Source of the DNA: Rotaria socialis
Taxonomy: Eukaryota
DNA: 64,000 bases
NCBI GenBank assembly: GCA_905331295.1
Contig: CAJNYD010000062.1
Location: 496,001 to 560,000, forward strand
Direction of reading: 5' to 3'
Under the pieces are notes generated by a model. It was not told where the DNA came from. It saw only the letters and a program-made list of their open reading frames with translations, and made no database searches. Of the stretch, positions 42,387 to 54,645 are shown in pieces. Position 1 is the first letter of the stretch; every line of letters begins with the position of its first letter. The position numbers and the translations under genes were made by a program.

Positions 42387-43259
42387 CTTTTATCTTCGAG
42401 TAGAAGTTATTATTGTAGTTGGCGTGGATGTCACACAACTGAATAACGTTATTCGAACAGCTCCTATGCTTTATTCTCATTTGCCGATAGGCTAGGAAAA
42501 TAATTGGTACTGATGAATCATGTGCTTATTTTTTTCCGTTGATTCTGTTGTAAACAACGCTACTCCCTTTTGTCCTGGTATAACTCTACTCGATTCTCAC
42601 ATGTATTCTGAAATACGCAAATGTCGAAAACACAGAAGGAAAAGAAAAAATTTCTTTTTATCAAGAGTCTCACTGTATTTTTTGTGAAAGATCGATTTAT
42701 TTGATTCGCTCTCTGTTGCAATCAGCAAATAAGTATTGATGTTAAGCTACTACGAAGAGAAAAACAAGGCAGCACATACAACATTTCACGCGATAAATAA
42801 ATTAAATACCAATACTATAAAAAAACAAAAAACATTAGAAATTTTTACCTCAAGCTGAATCTTATACTATATAAGAAAAACGAAGCGTGTAAGGATGTGG
42901 GTATCAATTTGGATTTCTTTCAACACTCAGCAATATATAGATCTACAACCAGTGTATTGCAGATAAAAAATCGTAAAATCACGTGTTACATTCGCCAGAT
43001 CACTTCTAAAGAAATAAAAATGTTTTTATTAGTTTTTCATACCACCATATCTAACTGGCGACTGGAATCATGCTAGATAGTATCAACTAGAAAACAGTTT
43101 TTTCTCAAATAAAAAAAAGGTTTTATTCGACGCAGCAAAAAGAAAAATATTATCAGCGTATATAGATATTTTGTTGATACAATGCAAAAAACAATTATTT
43201 CACGAAAGCACTAACTAGTTTGAAGCTCACACAGCAAATGATGGATGCATGAGAAATAT

Positions 43260-43441
43260 TTAGCTTGCATGTTGACGCATCCAATTAAATACTTCGTCAA
43301 ACCAAGCGATAGAATGCTGCGGATTTAATACCCAATGATTTTCAGTAGGAAAATAGAGAAGTCGACTCGTAATATTACGACGCTGCAAAGCTGTAAATGC
43401 ACCGATTCCTTGTGTTTCTGGTACTCGATAATCATGAGCAC
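43260..43441 (-). other. probable true 3' end of S9 peptidase copy 1, duplicated at the N join
   Basis: Encodes AHDYRVP...RQHAS* with three substitutions (DEVF vs EEVF) and a unique downstream flank; N at 43442. Confidence 0.75.
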
Positions 43442-43482
43442 NCAAAGAAACAAATCTTTCCTATGAACCGAATATTAGATAT

Positions 43483-45977
43483 TTAGCTTGCATGTTGACG
43501 CATCCAATTAAATACTTCCTCAAACCAAGCGATGGAATGCTGTGGATTTAATACCCAATGATTTTCAGTAGGAAAATAGAGAAGTCGACTCGTAATATTA
43601 CGACGCTGCAAAGCTGTAAATGCACCGATTCCTTGTGTTTCTGGTACTCGATAATCATGAGCACCAACGATTATTAACATAGGTAGAGTCCAATTCGCCA
43701 CGTGATTCACTGGATTATACTCTTCATACGCAGAAGGATTGTCGTAGACAGTATAGTTTCCAGCATCATGTTCAGTGAAGAATAACTCTTCTGTAGAATA
43801 GCCCATTGATCTCATATCAAATAGACCATTATGACAGACAAGAGTTTTGAAGCGACTACTCATCTCAGGTTGACCAGCAATCCAGTTTATCATATAGCCA
43901 CCATAGCTAGCACCCAATGCTACCACTCGAGTTCTGTCGATATAAGAGAAATTTCTCAAAGCATAATCAAGTCCCAACTTGAGATCTTCGTAAGGCAATG
44001 AACCATATTCACCTGTAATACTATCGGTAAAGTTCTGTCCATAAGAATCAGAACCATGAAAATTGATAGCAATCACAGCATAACCTTGAGCAGAATATGA
44101 TTGAAAATTCCATCCTGAACCCCAAGCATCATACCAGCTACTTTGAGGTCCACCATGGATAAGAAAAGCAAGTGGAGCAGGTTGGCCTGTACCATGCGCA
44201 GGTGGTACATGCCATCCCCATACTGTTTCATTGTTAGCACCCATAAAAGAGAATTTTTGAGCTTCTTTACTTAGTATCACTTTACTCAACAGAGCAGTGT
44301 TATGATTAGTGAGTGGCTGAATAGAACTATCCAATGAATACAAATAGATATTTCGCGGTTGAAGAAGAGTGTCATATGTAAACACAAATGTTCTCTCCTG
44401 AGTAGGATGAGGGTGAATATTGTGCGACGTACCATTGTCTATCAGAAGATCAACTGAATGATTCGTGTAGATGTTTACTAAATAGTAAATAACATTGCTT
44501 GCTTCTTCACCGATTTCGAGATAAAGAGATTGACCATTGGGAGACCATGTCATAGCTTGAATACTTCGATCCCAATCGTCAAGAAGAGTTACTTTCGTAT
44601 TCAATGAAGCTGAAAAATGAAAATAAACACATGCAACAAGAACGAACATTATCATAAATATAACTAACCATTGTACATCTTCACTTTATATTGATCAGAC
44701 TCGTAACCTGGCACCGAATGTGATCGATAGACTAACAGATTTTCATCGGTCGGCGAATAAGATGGATCTGTATCGGTTGCAATATTTTCACATGTTATAC
44801 ATACAGTTGGTTGTCCAGCTGTTCTCAAATCAACTGTATATATATCTAAATTGGTTGTCCAAGCTACTGAACTATCCTCATCGTGTTGTCTTGTGAATGC
44901 AAATGAATTTCCAGATGCACTAAATGACCATTGTGCTTTAGCATCACCGAACGGTTTCGTTGGAGAATCACTATCGATATTGAAAAGTACATCGACAGGG
45001 TTGGATGATAGTTGAAATATTCCGTTTGTTTGTCGATTAATTGAAACAACAAATGGATGGTTACGTAGGCCTGTATAGTATTCATCCCAATGCCGAATGT
45101 AAAGCTTATCGAATTTGTATATCGTGCGTCCACTATCTAGTTCGGCTTGTTTTCGAGCATTCGTCTGTTCAATGTTTAAATTCGCATAGACTTGGCAGCT
45201 GAAAGCGAGACGTGTTGCGTTTCGATTTACTAATAGATTATCAATATTCAATGAGTAATTGGTTATTTGTGTAGGTTCAATGAAACCACTCAAGGTTGAC
45301 AGATCATCAGGAAGAGTCAGCTGAAAAATTTGAGTGAGATCTGACGATGCTCGATTCGACAGAAAAAGAATCGTATTTTTATCTATCCAAGTGAACTACA
45401 GAGAAGAAACATAACTGAAATCGGTATAAGAAACGTGATAGACTCTTACTTGTTGGTCTTGTTTGCCCCAGATGGGTCGTGTCAATTGGACATTCTTGTT
45501 GGTTTGTAAATCTTGCCAATGTAAAGTTGTTGTGGATCCGCGTAAATCAGGCATATGATATTGTCGTCTCAAATAGATGAGGCTTCTACCATCTGTTGGA
45601 TGAAGTTGAGGCGATGAAAGACGATCAAGTCGAAGATTGTCGGTTTGATTGAAGTAATGTGAATTAGTTAAGGATTGATAGTATTGACTGTTGGATTGAT
45701 AATCGCTTTCGTTCCATATCGTTGCAGTAGTGGTTGTCAATGTAGCTGGCGTTGTGGCTGCTGATGTGGTAGCCAACGAGGCCGTCAATGATGTTGCTGG
45801 AGAGTCGGTTGTTTTATCAGGGCAATTGGAACGTAGACCGATAACCACAACACACGGTATTAGTACGATAACTGCACCCAAAAGAAAGAAGCCAGCGAAA
45901 AAGAAGAACTAAAATGAATATTTTTTGAAAATTAATATAAAACTGTAACTAATGAAAGAGCGAACCTTCGGATCCAT
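43483..45977 (-). CDS. S9 family DPP5-like peptidase, copy 1, type II membrane anchored
   Basis: MDPK|FFFFAGFFLLGAVIVLIPCVVVIGL, Thr-rich stalk, beta-propeller repeats, IHGGPQ, GASYGG (Ser), HDYRVP (Asp), ENHW (His); three short introns. Confidence 0.9.
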
Positions 45978-46529
45978 TGATGATTGTAAAATAGAAGTTG
46001 GTTGCTTGATGAAAACGAAGAATGCAAATGCTTATTTGTTCTCTTCTTTTGTATCATATAAATTGAAAAGATATTATGTGTCTACTTGAACTGATCGTAG
46101 AACGCTCTTAAGTGGAGTATGAGGCCAATCTTATCATGATCCATAAGGTGTATTGATTTTAGCCAAACAGTATAAGTATGCGCTGTAACTAAGCAGAGGA
46201 TTGTGGCGTATGATGTGATTGTTTCAATGATAAAAAAAGTCTATAAATCATGCTTGAAATTGCTTTTTTTATCTATTTTCAATTATCATAAATACGTCTT
46301 TATGGGTTAATGTGCGATTATTCCTATCTACTCTTTACGATCATTGGAATTGGTACTTAGCAGTTGATAAAGAAGTGTCATGCTCGATGTTTGAGAAGTT
46401 ATAAAAATTGTTTCAACAGTTGTGAAGTAAATTTATGTTTGAGTTCCCTATAAATGTCTTGACGTATTCGTTAGATTGTTGTTAAAAAGCAGAATGATTA
46501 ATTCTAGAAAATGACTACAGGGTTTGTTG

Positions 46530-47850
46530 AAGATTCAGTCGAAATGAGAGCTACTTCAATGGCTTTTTTACGATTGATTCTAACCACCATTCTGATTCAC
46601 ATACGTCTGTCACGATACTATCATTTTCGGCGGGTTAAAAACTTTGGCCAACAGTATTATTCGTCAACGTGAACAACTTAGCGTAGATCGACGATTGACG
46701 AAACAGACAACGGCACCGTTGCGCTCATAAACTGCCTTAATACATCTGTTTAGGAGAAACAGAATAATGGCTGTATAAAACCGTTTTCAAAAATTAAACT
46801 AAGTCTTCGAATGAGGCTTCGAGTTATTCAAAGGCGAATGTAAACATTCGAAAAATACTCTTGATTTAGTGTTCTTGGAAAAAATACTGCATGGCAATTT
46901 GATTAATATGACACAATCGTTTTCTGGCAGGAGATATTTCATCGGTGGCTTCTCAAGTGATTTGTTACTGAAATTTTTCAGAAAACTATGATTGAATTTG
47001 TATCTTCAGAAAAAGTCTCCTTTGAAAAATATTTTTAAAAATCTACAATTTAACAATGGTATTTATCAACAAACTTGAGCATATTCTTACTTTTATTTCG
47101 TCTTTTACTTCGTATACCAGACATTACGAATTATCCTTTTATGCAGAAAAAAGCCAACCCATAATCATTGGATTTTCTGACTAAAGTGGAATGAATTTGT
47201 CGTATCATTTAAAGTAATCAAAAAATCAATGTGAGTCTTCAGTAAAGAGTTAACGATTAAGAAATTTTATTTTTTGCGAAATCTTTTGATTCATTCAATA
47301 GAATTTTCGTTACATTTAAAATATGTAGAAGTTATGTAAAAACTATTCTATCGAGCATCTAAACTTAGTAAAGAAAAAATTAATGAATTAAAATAAAACT
47401 ACGATAAACTTATTTCAACCAATAAATATTTATCAACTCGTATAAGGAAATCAATAAAAATATTATTTATGCTGATATCAATGAATTTAGTGAATATCCT
47501 AAAGAGGAAAAGTTTTATTTGATTGAAACACTTGTTTTCTTGTTGAATCTATTGAAGAAAAACAATTATTCAAATGAACAACAAAAAATAAGGGAAGATT
47601 TTCTTTAATCAACAAAAAAAAGAAACAGAAGAACGTAGAGTGTTTTTCTTTCTTTGGGCTTCTATCAACAAGCTTTAAGCATTAAAGAGAGGTGTCATCC
47701 TGTTGCTCATTGCTGATATTGTATCCCCTTTGAATAGTATGACCGTTGATTATTATCAGCATGCCTTAGCTATGCAGGAGAATTTTTATTCTATTGGCCA
47801 TCCAGATCTAGAGGAATATCCGCTGACATGCTGGTAAAAACTAAATTCCT
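46530..47850 (+). pseudogene. degraded ART-TPR paralog
   Basis: Collinear patches match 54700-56630, e.g. 47444-47560 (aatattatttatgctgatatcaatgaatttagtgaatat) vs 55590-55710, the TPR patch at 47665-47790, and the aaaactaaattc end. Confidence 0.8.
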
Positions 47851-48838
47851 CAAACAATACATTGAACAGTCCGAATTTTTGAACGACGTGAAGATTGCTC
47901 TTGTTAGAGCGTTTGCCAGTGATTGTGAGTGTTTATATTTTCTCTATCTTGAATTTCTTATAGTATATATTGAGCAAAAATCATAGAAAAGCGTTTAATA
48001 AAGTTGTGGTTCTATTTTTTGAATGAAATATAGTAAAGATTAATTCTATCTTTTTGCGTGAAAGTAACTAATTGATACAAATATTATTTGCTTTCAATTT
48101 TTAATAAAATTTTCCACTTAAATAGTAATTAGTTTTGTTTGCTGTATTAAATATATCGTGTTGAGAAAGCGATTTGCTTTATTTGGAAATCAAAATGATT
48201 TTCGTATTGAAGCAAACAGATAAAGAATTTCTGAAAACTTCTATAAACAGTTTCCTATTGAAATGCGTTGTCTAAATGTGAGAAATCGTTTGTAAATGAA
48301 TTTCTGTCAATTGACTTTATTGCTGAAAACAAAAAGCAAAGTTTTCCAGATGAATTTATGTTCAACCGCATGTGGAAGTATACAAGTAATTATAACGATG
48401 CATTTACTTCAACGAACTGCAAAAAGTTATGCTTCACTTTTTGAAATAGGTAATAGATAGTTGATTTCTAAGATGTTTGAAATTGATTGCTGAGCGTAAT
48501 TAATGTCTTGGCCAGGCTTTATTTAGGAAGGAACGTCCTCCATAAGGATTTTAAAGCTTATAAATAAATTTTTCATCCAATTGTCATATGAGAATGACTG
48601 TATCACAAAATTGATAAAGATTATTTGTGCTCTATTTTTACATATATTAGTTTTATCTATCAAAGCATATCATTCAGACTTTTAAAACTATTGAATTTTT
48701 GTTTTCGTTTTACTGTTTTGTTTTGAAAAGCTTCTCAATGAGTAATTAAACAGGCTTTTTCCGTTTCCATATCGTTTCAACATGAAAAATTGCTAATGAC
48801 CTATCGATGCACTCTAGACATTGAATATAAATTTTATT

Positions 48839-49592
48839 TAGGAATGTGCAGTGTCGGTGTAATTACCGAAAAACTGTGGTTGATATCACCGACAGTATGC
48901 TCAGCGGAGCACTGATTACGCTGTCATCGGTGTCACTGGCACACTGATTTCACTGACACCGACTTCACTGAGAACACCGAAAATATTCAGTCAGTGTTCA
49001 CTGAGGCACTGAAGCTCAGTGAAGCACTGAAATTCGGTGCACTAACCGCACCGATATAGGTGTTCAGTGAAACACTGAGCCACTGCATCCGTCAAAGTAT
49101 ATATCTTTGCCAATGCTAATGGTAGTTTACAATAGATGATAGTGAAATACGCACGTCTACTTTTGTCAAGAATATCATAATCTTATCTAGAGACACTAGA
49201 ATGTTAATCAAATCTACGTATTTATTCTGCACAACGACGTAGCTTAGATCGGATTCATATGAAAATTGGCAAAATTCATTTTAAATGTTTGACTCTGGTG
49301 GATTCGTCAACAGAAGATGAAAGTAGTCCATATTACTTTAATTAATCAGAAGTTGTCTGTGTACCAGTGCTCCACTAAACACCGATGCCGGTGCGGTCAG
49401 TGCACCGAATTTCAGTGCTTCACTTAACTTTAGTGCTTCAGTGAACACTGACTGAATATTTTCGGTCTTCTCAGTGAAATCGGTGTCAGTGAAATCAGTG
49501 TATCAGTGACACTGATGACAGTGTAGTCAGTGCTTCACTGAGCATACTGTCGGTGTAGTCAGTGCTCAGTAAACCGACACTGCACATCCCTA
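48839..49592. mobile_element. hAT-like MITE with ~230-bp imperfect TIRs
   Basis: taggaatgtgcagtgtcggt...accgacactgcacatcccta; 8-bp TSD attttatt; arms built of cactga/tcagtg repeats. Confidence 0.9.
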
Positions 49593-50332
49593 ATTTTATT
49601 TAATCTTTTTCGTTTTCGTTTTAATGCGAAACAGAAAAACATATTTAAAACAATATACATAATCTATTTTCAAGTTATTCTTCAGAACTAAGATAAACTT
49701 CAGGCTTTTATTTTGTTCAATAAAATATTTTTTTATGCCTTTAGCGTATTTAAACGCTTCAGTTTCTTCGCGAAAAAAACTACTACATACTAATTCAGAG
49801 ATATCTGCACGTTTTCATACACCAATAAAAAACTCTTTAAATTTAATGAACCTCTTTTTAGAGGTGAGACGTTATTGTTATCTTGTTGTTATTTATAACA
49901 ATACCACTGTTTCGATAGTTATTTGTTATAAATAGCAGATAAATAACAAATAACTTTCTTTTTGAAAGCTCAGTTTATTGTTTATATTGGTTATACCATG
50001 TGAATTAGCGCTATAGAGGTTCTAAAGATTTTTCTCTCGAATCTATTGTCATTGATTGCACTAACGTAAGTGTGTACTTTCCGTTGAACGAAATACTATA
50101 CAAATGTCGAAGCACGTTTCTTTTATCGCCACGTTTCAAACACATTTCTTTCATAATCTCTATGCTTGTCAAAAAAAATGCCTAATGATTTTTCTTTTTT
50201 CGTCCGTAATTATTAAAAGTTAATCTAATATTCAAGAATAGATTTACGATATTTAAATAAATTGTGGCAATATTTCGACGTTTTTGTTCCAAAGCTAAGG
50301 TAAAAAGAAATATCTGATTATATTTCAAAGAT

Positions 50333-51482
50333 ATACAGTGGAGTTCAAAACAAATTCCCGATGCATATATGCTTTTTCTCGAGGCATATCTATTAAACGT
50401 AAGAATGAATTCTTACGAAGTCTTCCCCGGCAATCAAGGCGATACTATAGAATGCAATATAAGAGAGACTTCTTCAAAAGTGTCATTCTGTGGGCCGATA
50501 GAAATACTGATTTGAGTATTCATTGTTTGTTTTGCATATTGAATGATCATATTGCATTCCTTCAACTAGGACAATCGTTCAGCTGTCGAAATCGTCTTGT
50601 TACCAAAGCACGTTGTTCATAGAATAAAGCAAAATGTAAATGAGCTCCAAGCGCGACTGATCTTAAAAATAAATGTATGATCACGGTCTACACACTTATC
50701 TGTGCAAATGACACTTGCACCCGATTTTCTCACTTTCTCGATAATGACTTATACGATCGACTTGAAATTTTGAGAGCAGGTATGTCTTGGTCAATAGATG
50801 AAATTTGTTTCAGTCAATAATGCTCAGTATTTGTCTGCGGGTTCAAATAAGGGTTACATTGAAGCGTAGATTGTTTCCTGTCCTAGAAATCAGGGCAGTG
50901 CATTATAGAGCGGAAACTGTAGCTACTCAGTCTTCATCTGAAATTAGGTTCGTAGCTACTCTCACTTTCCTCCAAATGCATCTTTTACGCTTCAACAGAA
51001 TTCATAGGCATCGGGAAAATAAGTGTACGTTATTTTGAGCGAAGTGATAGGGATTGATATTTCCTTGTTCATTGACTGAGGGAAACCAGGACTAGTTATT
51101 GATTAATATATTTGCGCACTCTGTGGTATGTAAACTATTTACGAAAAAGGAACTTTCAATATTCATTGTACGCAGAGCGATTGCTTAGCAAACACTAACG
51201 GCAATTTCTTTTGCACCCTAATGTATTTCACGATATTTTTCCATCGAATCTTCGAGCTTTGTGTACACATGCCAGTTTCTGATTTTGTTTCTAAAAACAC
51301 AAACTAGCTTCAGGACTCGAATTTTGAGAAATAGAGAGTGACATCCTTGGCTTTGACCGCTCTTCTCATGATCTATGGATGCCACTCGAAAAGTCGACAA
51401 AGATATTGCGAAAAAAAGCTTTATCCGATCGTAGAGACTTCCTATTAAAATGGTTCTACTGCAATAATTGAAACATCCTGTA
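50333..51482. mobile_element. degraded DNA transposon remnants with Tc1/mariner-like ends
   Basis: tacagtg at ~50334 and aaacatcctgta ending 51482 resemble Tc1/mariner termini; no intact ORF; may be several fragments. Confidence 0.3.
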
Positions 51483-51828
51483 AATCGAAAACGCCTTTCG
51501 CCATCATCATCCTTATTATGTGATATTTCACAAGTTAACAGATACTATACGATTGAAACTCAATTGGTTCCATACACAAAAGAAATATGTTCTTTCTTCC
51601 ATTTTCGTTCCAATGAACATAATAAACTTGCCCTTTGCACATACAAAATTGACGGAAAGAAAAAACGGCAGCCAGTGACAAATCATTGAATTGGACTGTA
51701 CATTTTTTTTATTTTTTATGAATAAGCTCACCTGTTCTATTTTATCCAGAGAGAAATCATTGGAAGAAAATAGTCAACATATATATATAGGTTTGTCTTT
51801 CACAAAAGCGTCGCAGATACAACAAAAG

Positions 51829-54449
51829 ATGAATCGATCTAATATTCATCTTCTGGATTTCCCTAATGAAATATTACTTATCATTTTGAGAAAATTGAAT
51901 AATATTGATGTTCTTTATTCGTTAGTGGATATTAATAATGGACCACTTGACATTTTCGCGCAAGAAAAAATGTTCACTAATACTCTCAATTTCACATATA
52001 CGGATGATATTTCCTTAATTGATCGATACTGCATCAACATATTGCCAAGAATTAATCACAATATCAAATGTTTCATACTTGAACCAGTTCTCTTGGAACG
52101 TATTCTTCTTGCTGCCGTTTATCCAAATCTAACTGAATTTAAACTCTTCAATTTCGAACAACAAATAGTTTCAAAATATTTTACAGGTAAACACTTAACA
52201 TGTACTTCATGATTTAGATAAAATGTTAGATAGAACGGTCTATTGTAAGTTTCGTTGTCTTTTCTTTAGATGAATCATCGTTGCGATCTGTTTTCCAACA
52301 GCAAATTACCAGCCTTATTCTTGTTAATGATGACAAGAGCGCAAGAGTAGGTTCATTGAAAGAATATACCAGAAATGTATATGCACACATCTTGAATTTC
52401 TTCAAAAAATTAACACATCTGAATATTATTGGACCATATGTTATGCTATGTCCAAGTTTATCACTTTGTGATTTACCGGCGACTACTTTTTACTCTTCAA
52501 TTCTTGCCCATTTGTCTATCATGGTGAAAAATTTTGATGATTGTCTTTATTTACTTGATGGCCGACTCAAGCAGTTGACCACATTTAATGTTAATGTCTA
52601 TTCCATAGACAGATCTTCAGCGATTGTTCACAACACGGCAAATTTTCATAGATGATGATGTCACTTTTGAGATACAGATACTTACTACTTCGCTGCATTT
52701 TTTCTTTAATGTTATACCAATAGTGAAAAGTATCAGATAAGTACGGATGTATAAGTGATTAGGGGTGGCGCTTTAACTTTATTTTAACCGTAAAGTTTAA
52801 AGTTGCCTTTAGATGCTTCTTTTTAATGCTTTTACTGCATAAAGTTATTGAGTCATGCTTGTGAGACTGCAACAGATGAAAACTCCAAAACGAAGCGTTC
52901 AAGAATGGCTTTACACAACTTTAAACTTTACGCTCGGTTAAAGTTAAAGTGTACACCTCTATAAGTGATTGATATTACATTTGTGAATACGAAGAATTTG
53001 GATTGGATCAAAAGATTGGAATTTATTGGTAGGGATAATCATAATAAAATGATTTGTCAGATGAGTCATGGAGTTAATCGTTGCTTTATCATTGATTACA
53101 TATTATGATATATGAATGATTATAAACATTGAATAGAATGAATCTTTTTCTCTAGTAGCTACCCAGTCTTTCTCATAATTGATATATGATAGGAATTCTC
53201 GCTAAAATTTTCACTTGTCTCTAAAGTTTCAAAAGCAAACTGATGAATTTGTTATTTGCAATTTTTAATATACAGAACTTGTAGTATCAATCGAGAATTT
53301 CATTCCTAGAAACCTGGAGGTAGAGGCAATATTCGTTGCATGAACCCGGAAATACAAAATGACCTATTAGAAAATCGAAAGACAGACACATCCAGTTATC
53401 AGCTTTGCTGACGGTCCGAAAAAACAATTTTTCCCATACGTCGGAGTTAGCTCGGTAACGTAGCCTAGACAGAAAATATATTTCGAAAAAAGACAAGTTG
53501 ACTAGAAAATATTATTATCGTAACAAGTCATGATGCTTATGATTTGGTCTTAGAGTAACGAAAGAATTTTTCTTTTTTCTAGGACATGTTACCGAATCTG
53601 AAATGTTTCTCATTAAAATCTTACTTTTGATTTCAACAATATGAACAAATACCATCGCTTCTTCGTCGTATGCCTTATCTGGAAAACTTAACTTTATATC
53701 TTTGTATAAAAGGTCAAAATAGAATCATCGATGGCACTTGCATTCAAGAAGATATTCTTGTTTATATGCCACAACTTCATTCGTTCACTTTCTATATTAC
53801 TACTTAAGTTGCCAGTGGTGATTTATTTCATAATTTATCTCGTGAACGTATCCAACAAACACTGATAAATATCGGACAACACAATACGGCTACTATCGTC
53901 AATTATCTTAGCAGATGCACAGCTGAATGCTCAATTTTCTCACTGCCTTTTACATTTGACTATTTGAGATATCTTGGCAATATATTTCCAAATATTGTAT
54001 TCAATTATGTTACATATTTACTGGTGGAAGATCATGATGCATTTGGACATGAATTCTTTGTTCGAATCGCCCGATCGTTTCCGTTACTGAAACATTTACA
54101 CATTCTCAATATCCAACCGCAGCTATCGTCAAACCTTACATTATCATCTGACCATTGTCAATCATATTCAATAATTGAATATCCGCATCTTACTTCACTT
54201 GATGTGATCTGTAGTCTTACAGATTATCTTGAGCAATTTCTAGATGAAACAAAGGCATCTGTACCTTGTCTAACCGAATTGGAAGTGAGCTATCGTTACT
54301 TAAAAACTGTAACAAACAACTTTACAAGAGAAGAAACACGACGCAATTGTGCTAAGGTGAAAAAACTAATTGCTATTGAACAATTTGATAATTCGCAAGA
54401 TTTCTATCATTATTTTCCTTCGTTTGAAATGTATTCTCGTTTTGATTGA
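51829..54449 (+). pseudogene. F-box/LRR gene with in-frame stops
   Basis: MNRSNIHLLDFPNEILLIILRKLNNIDVLYSL; CLYLLDGRLKQL; LPNLKCFSL; VTNNFTREETRRNCAKV; stops at ~53628 (TGA) and ~53805 (TAA) in the last exon; intron 2 donor is GC. Confidence 0.85.
52760..52961. mobile_element. hAT-like MITE in the F-box intron
   Basis: taggggtg...cacctcta; 8-bp TSD taagtgat; inverted gtaaagtttaaagttg / caactttaaactttac. Confidence 0.88.
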
Positions 54450-54645
54450 TCAAATAAACTGAAAAACACGAAAAGGGTTGTGATTAGGTTTATGATATTT
54501 CTGAAATAGCCTCAAGAAAATATCAATCTTTGATTGTCGTTTCCTATTTTTGTTTATGAAAATTCACTACATTTCATTCTTATGTTTACACCTAAAAATA
54601 TTGGTAAAATTTTACAGGATCTTGAGTATAAGTCTATTGGAAAAA

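Noticed and set aside
43260..43445. A third S9 peptidase gene
   Set aside because: Only the C-terminal 60 codons next to an N; best explained as the true end of copy 1.
48839..49592. cactga repeats as a CRISPR array
   Set aside because: Repeats are short, degenerate and inverted between arms, with a TSD; no unique spacers or cas genes; eukaryotic context.
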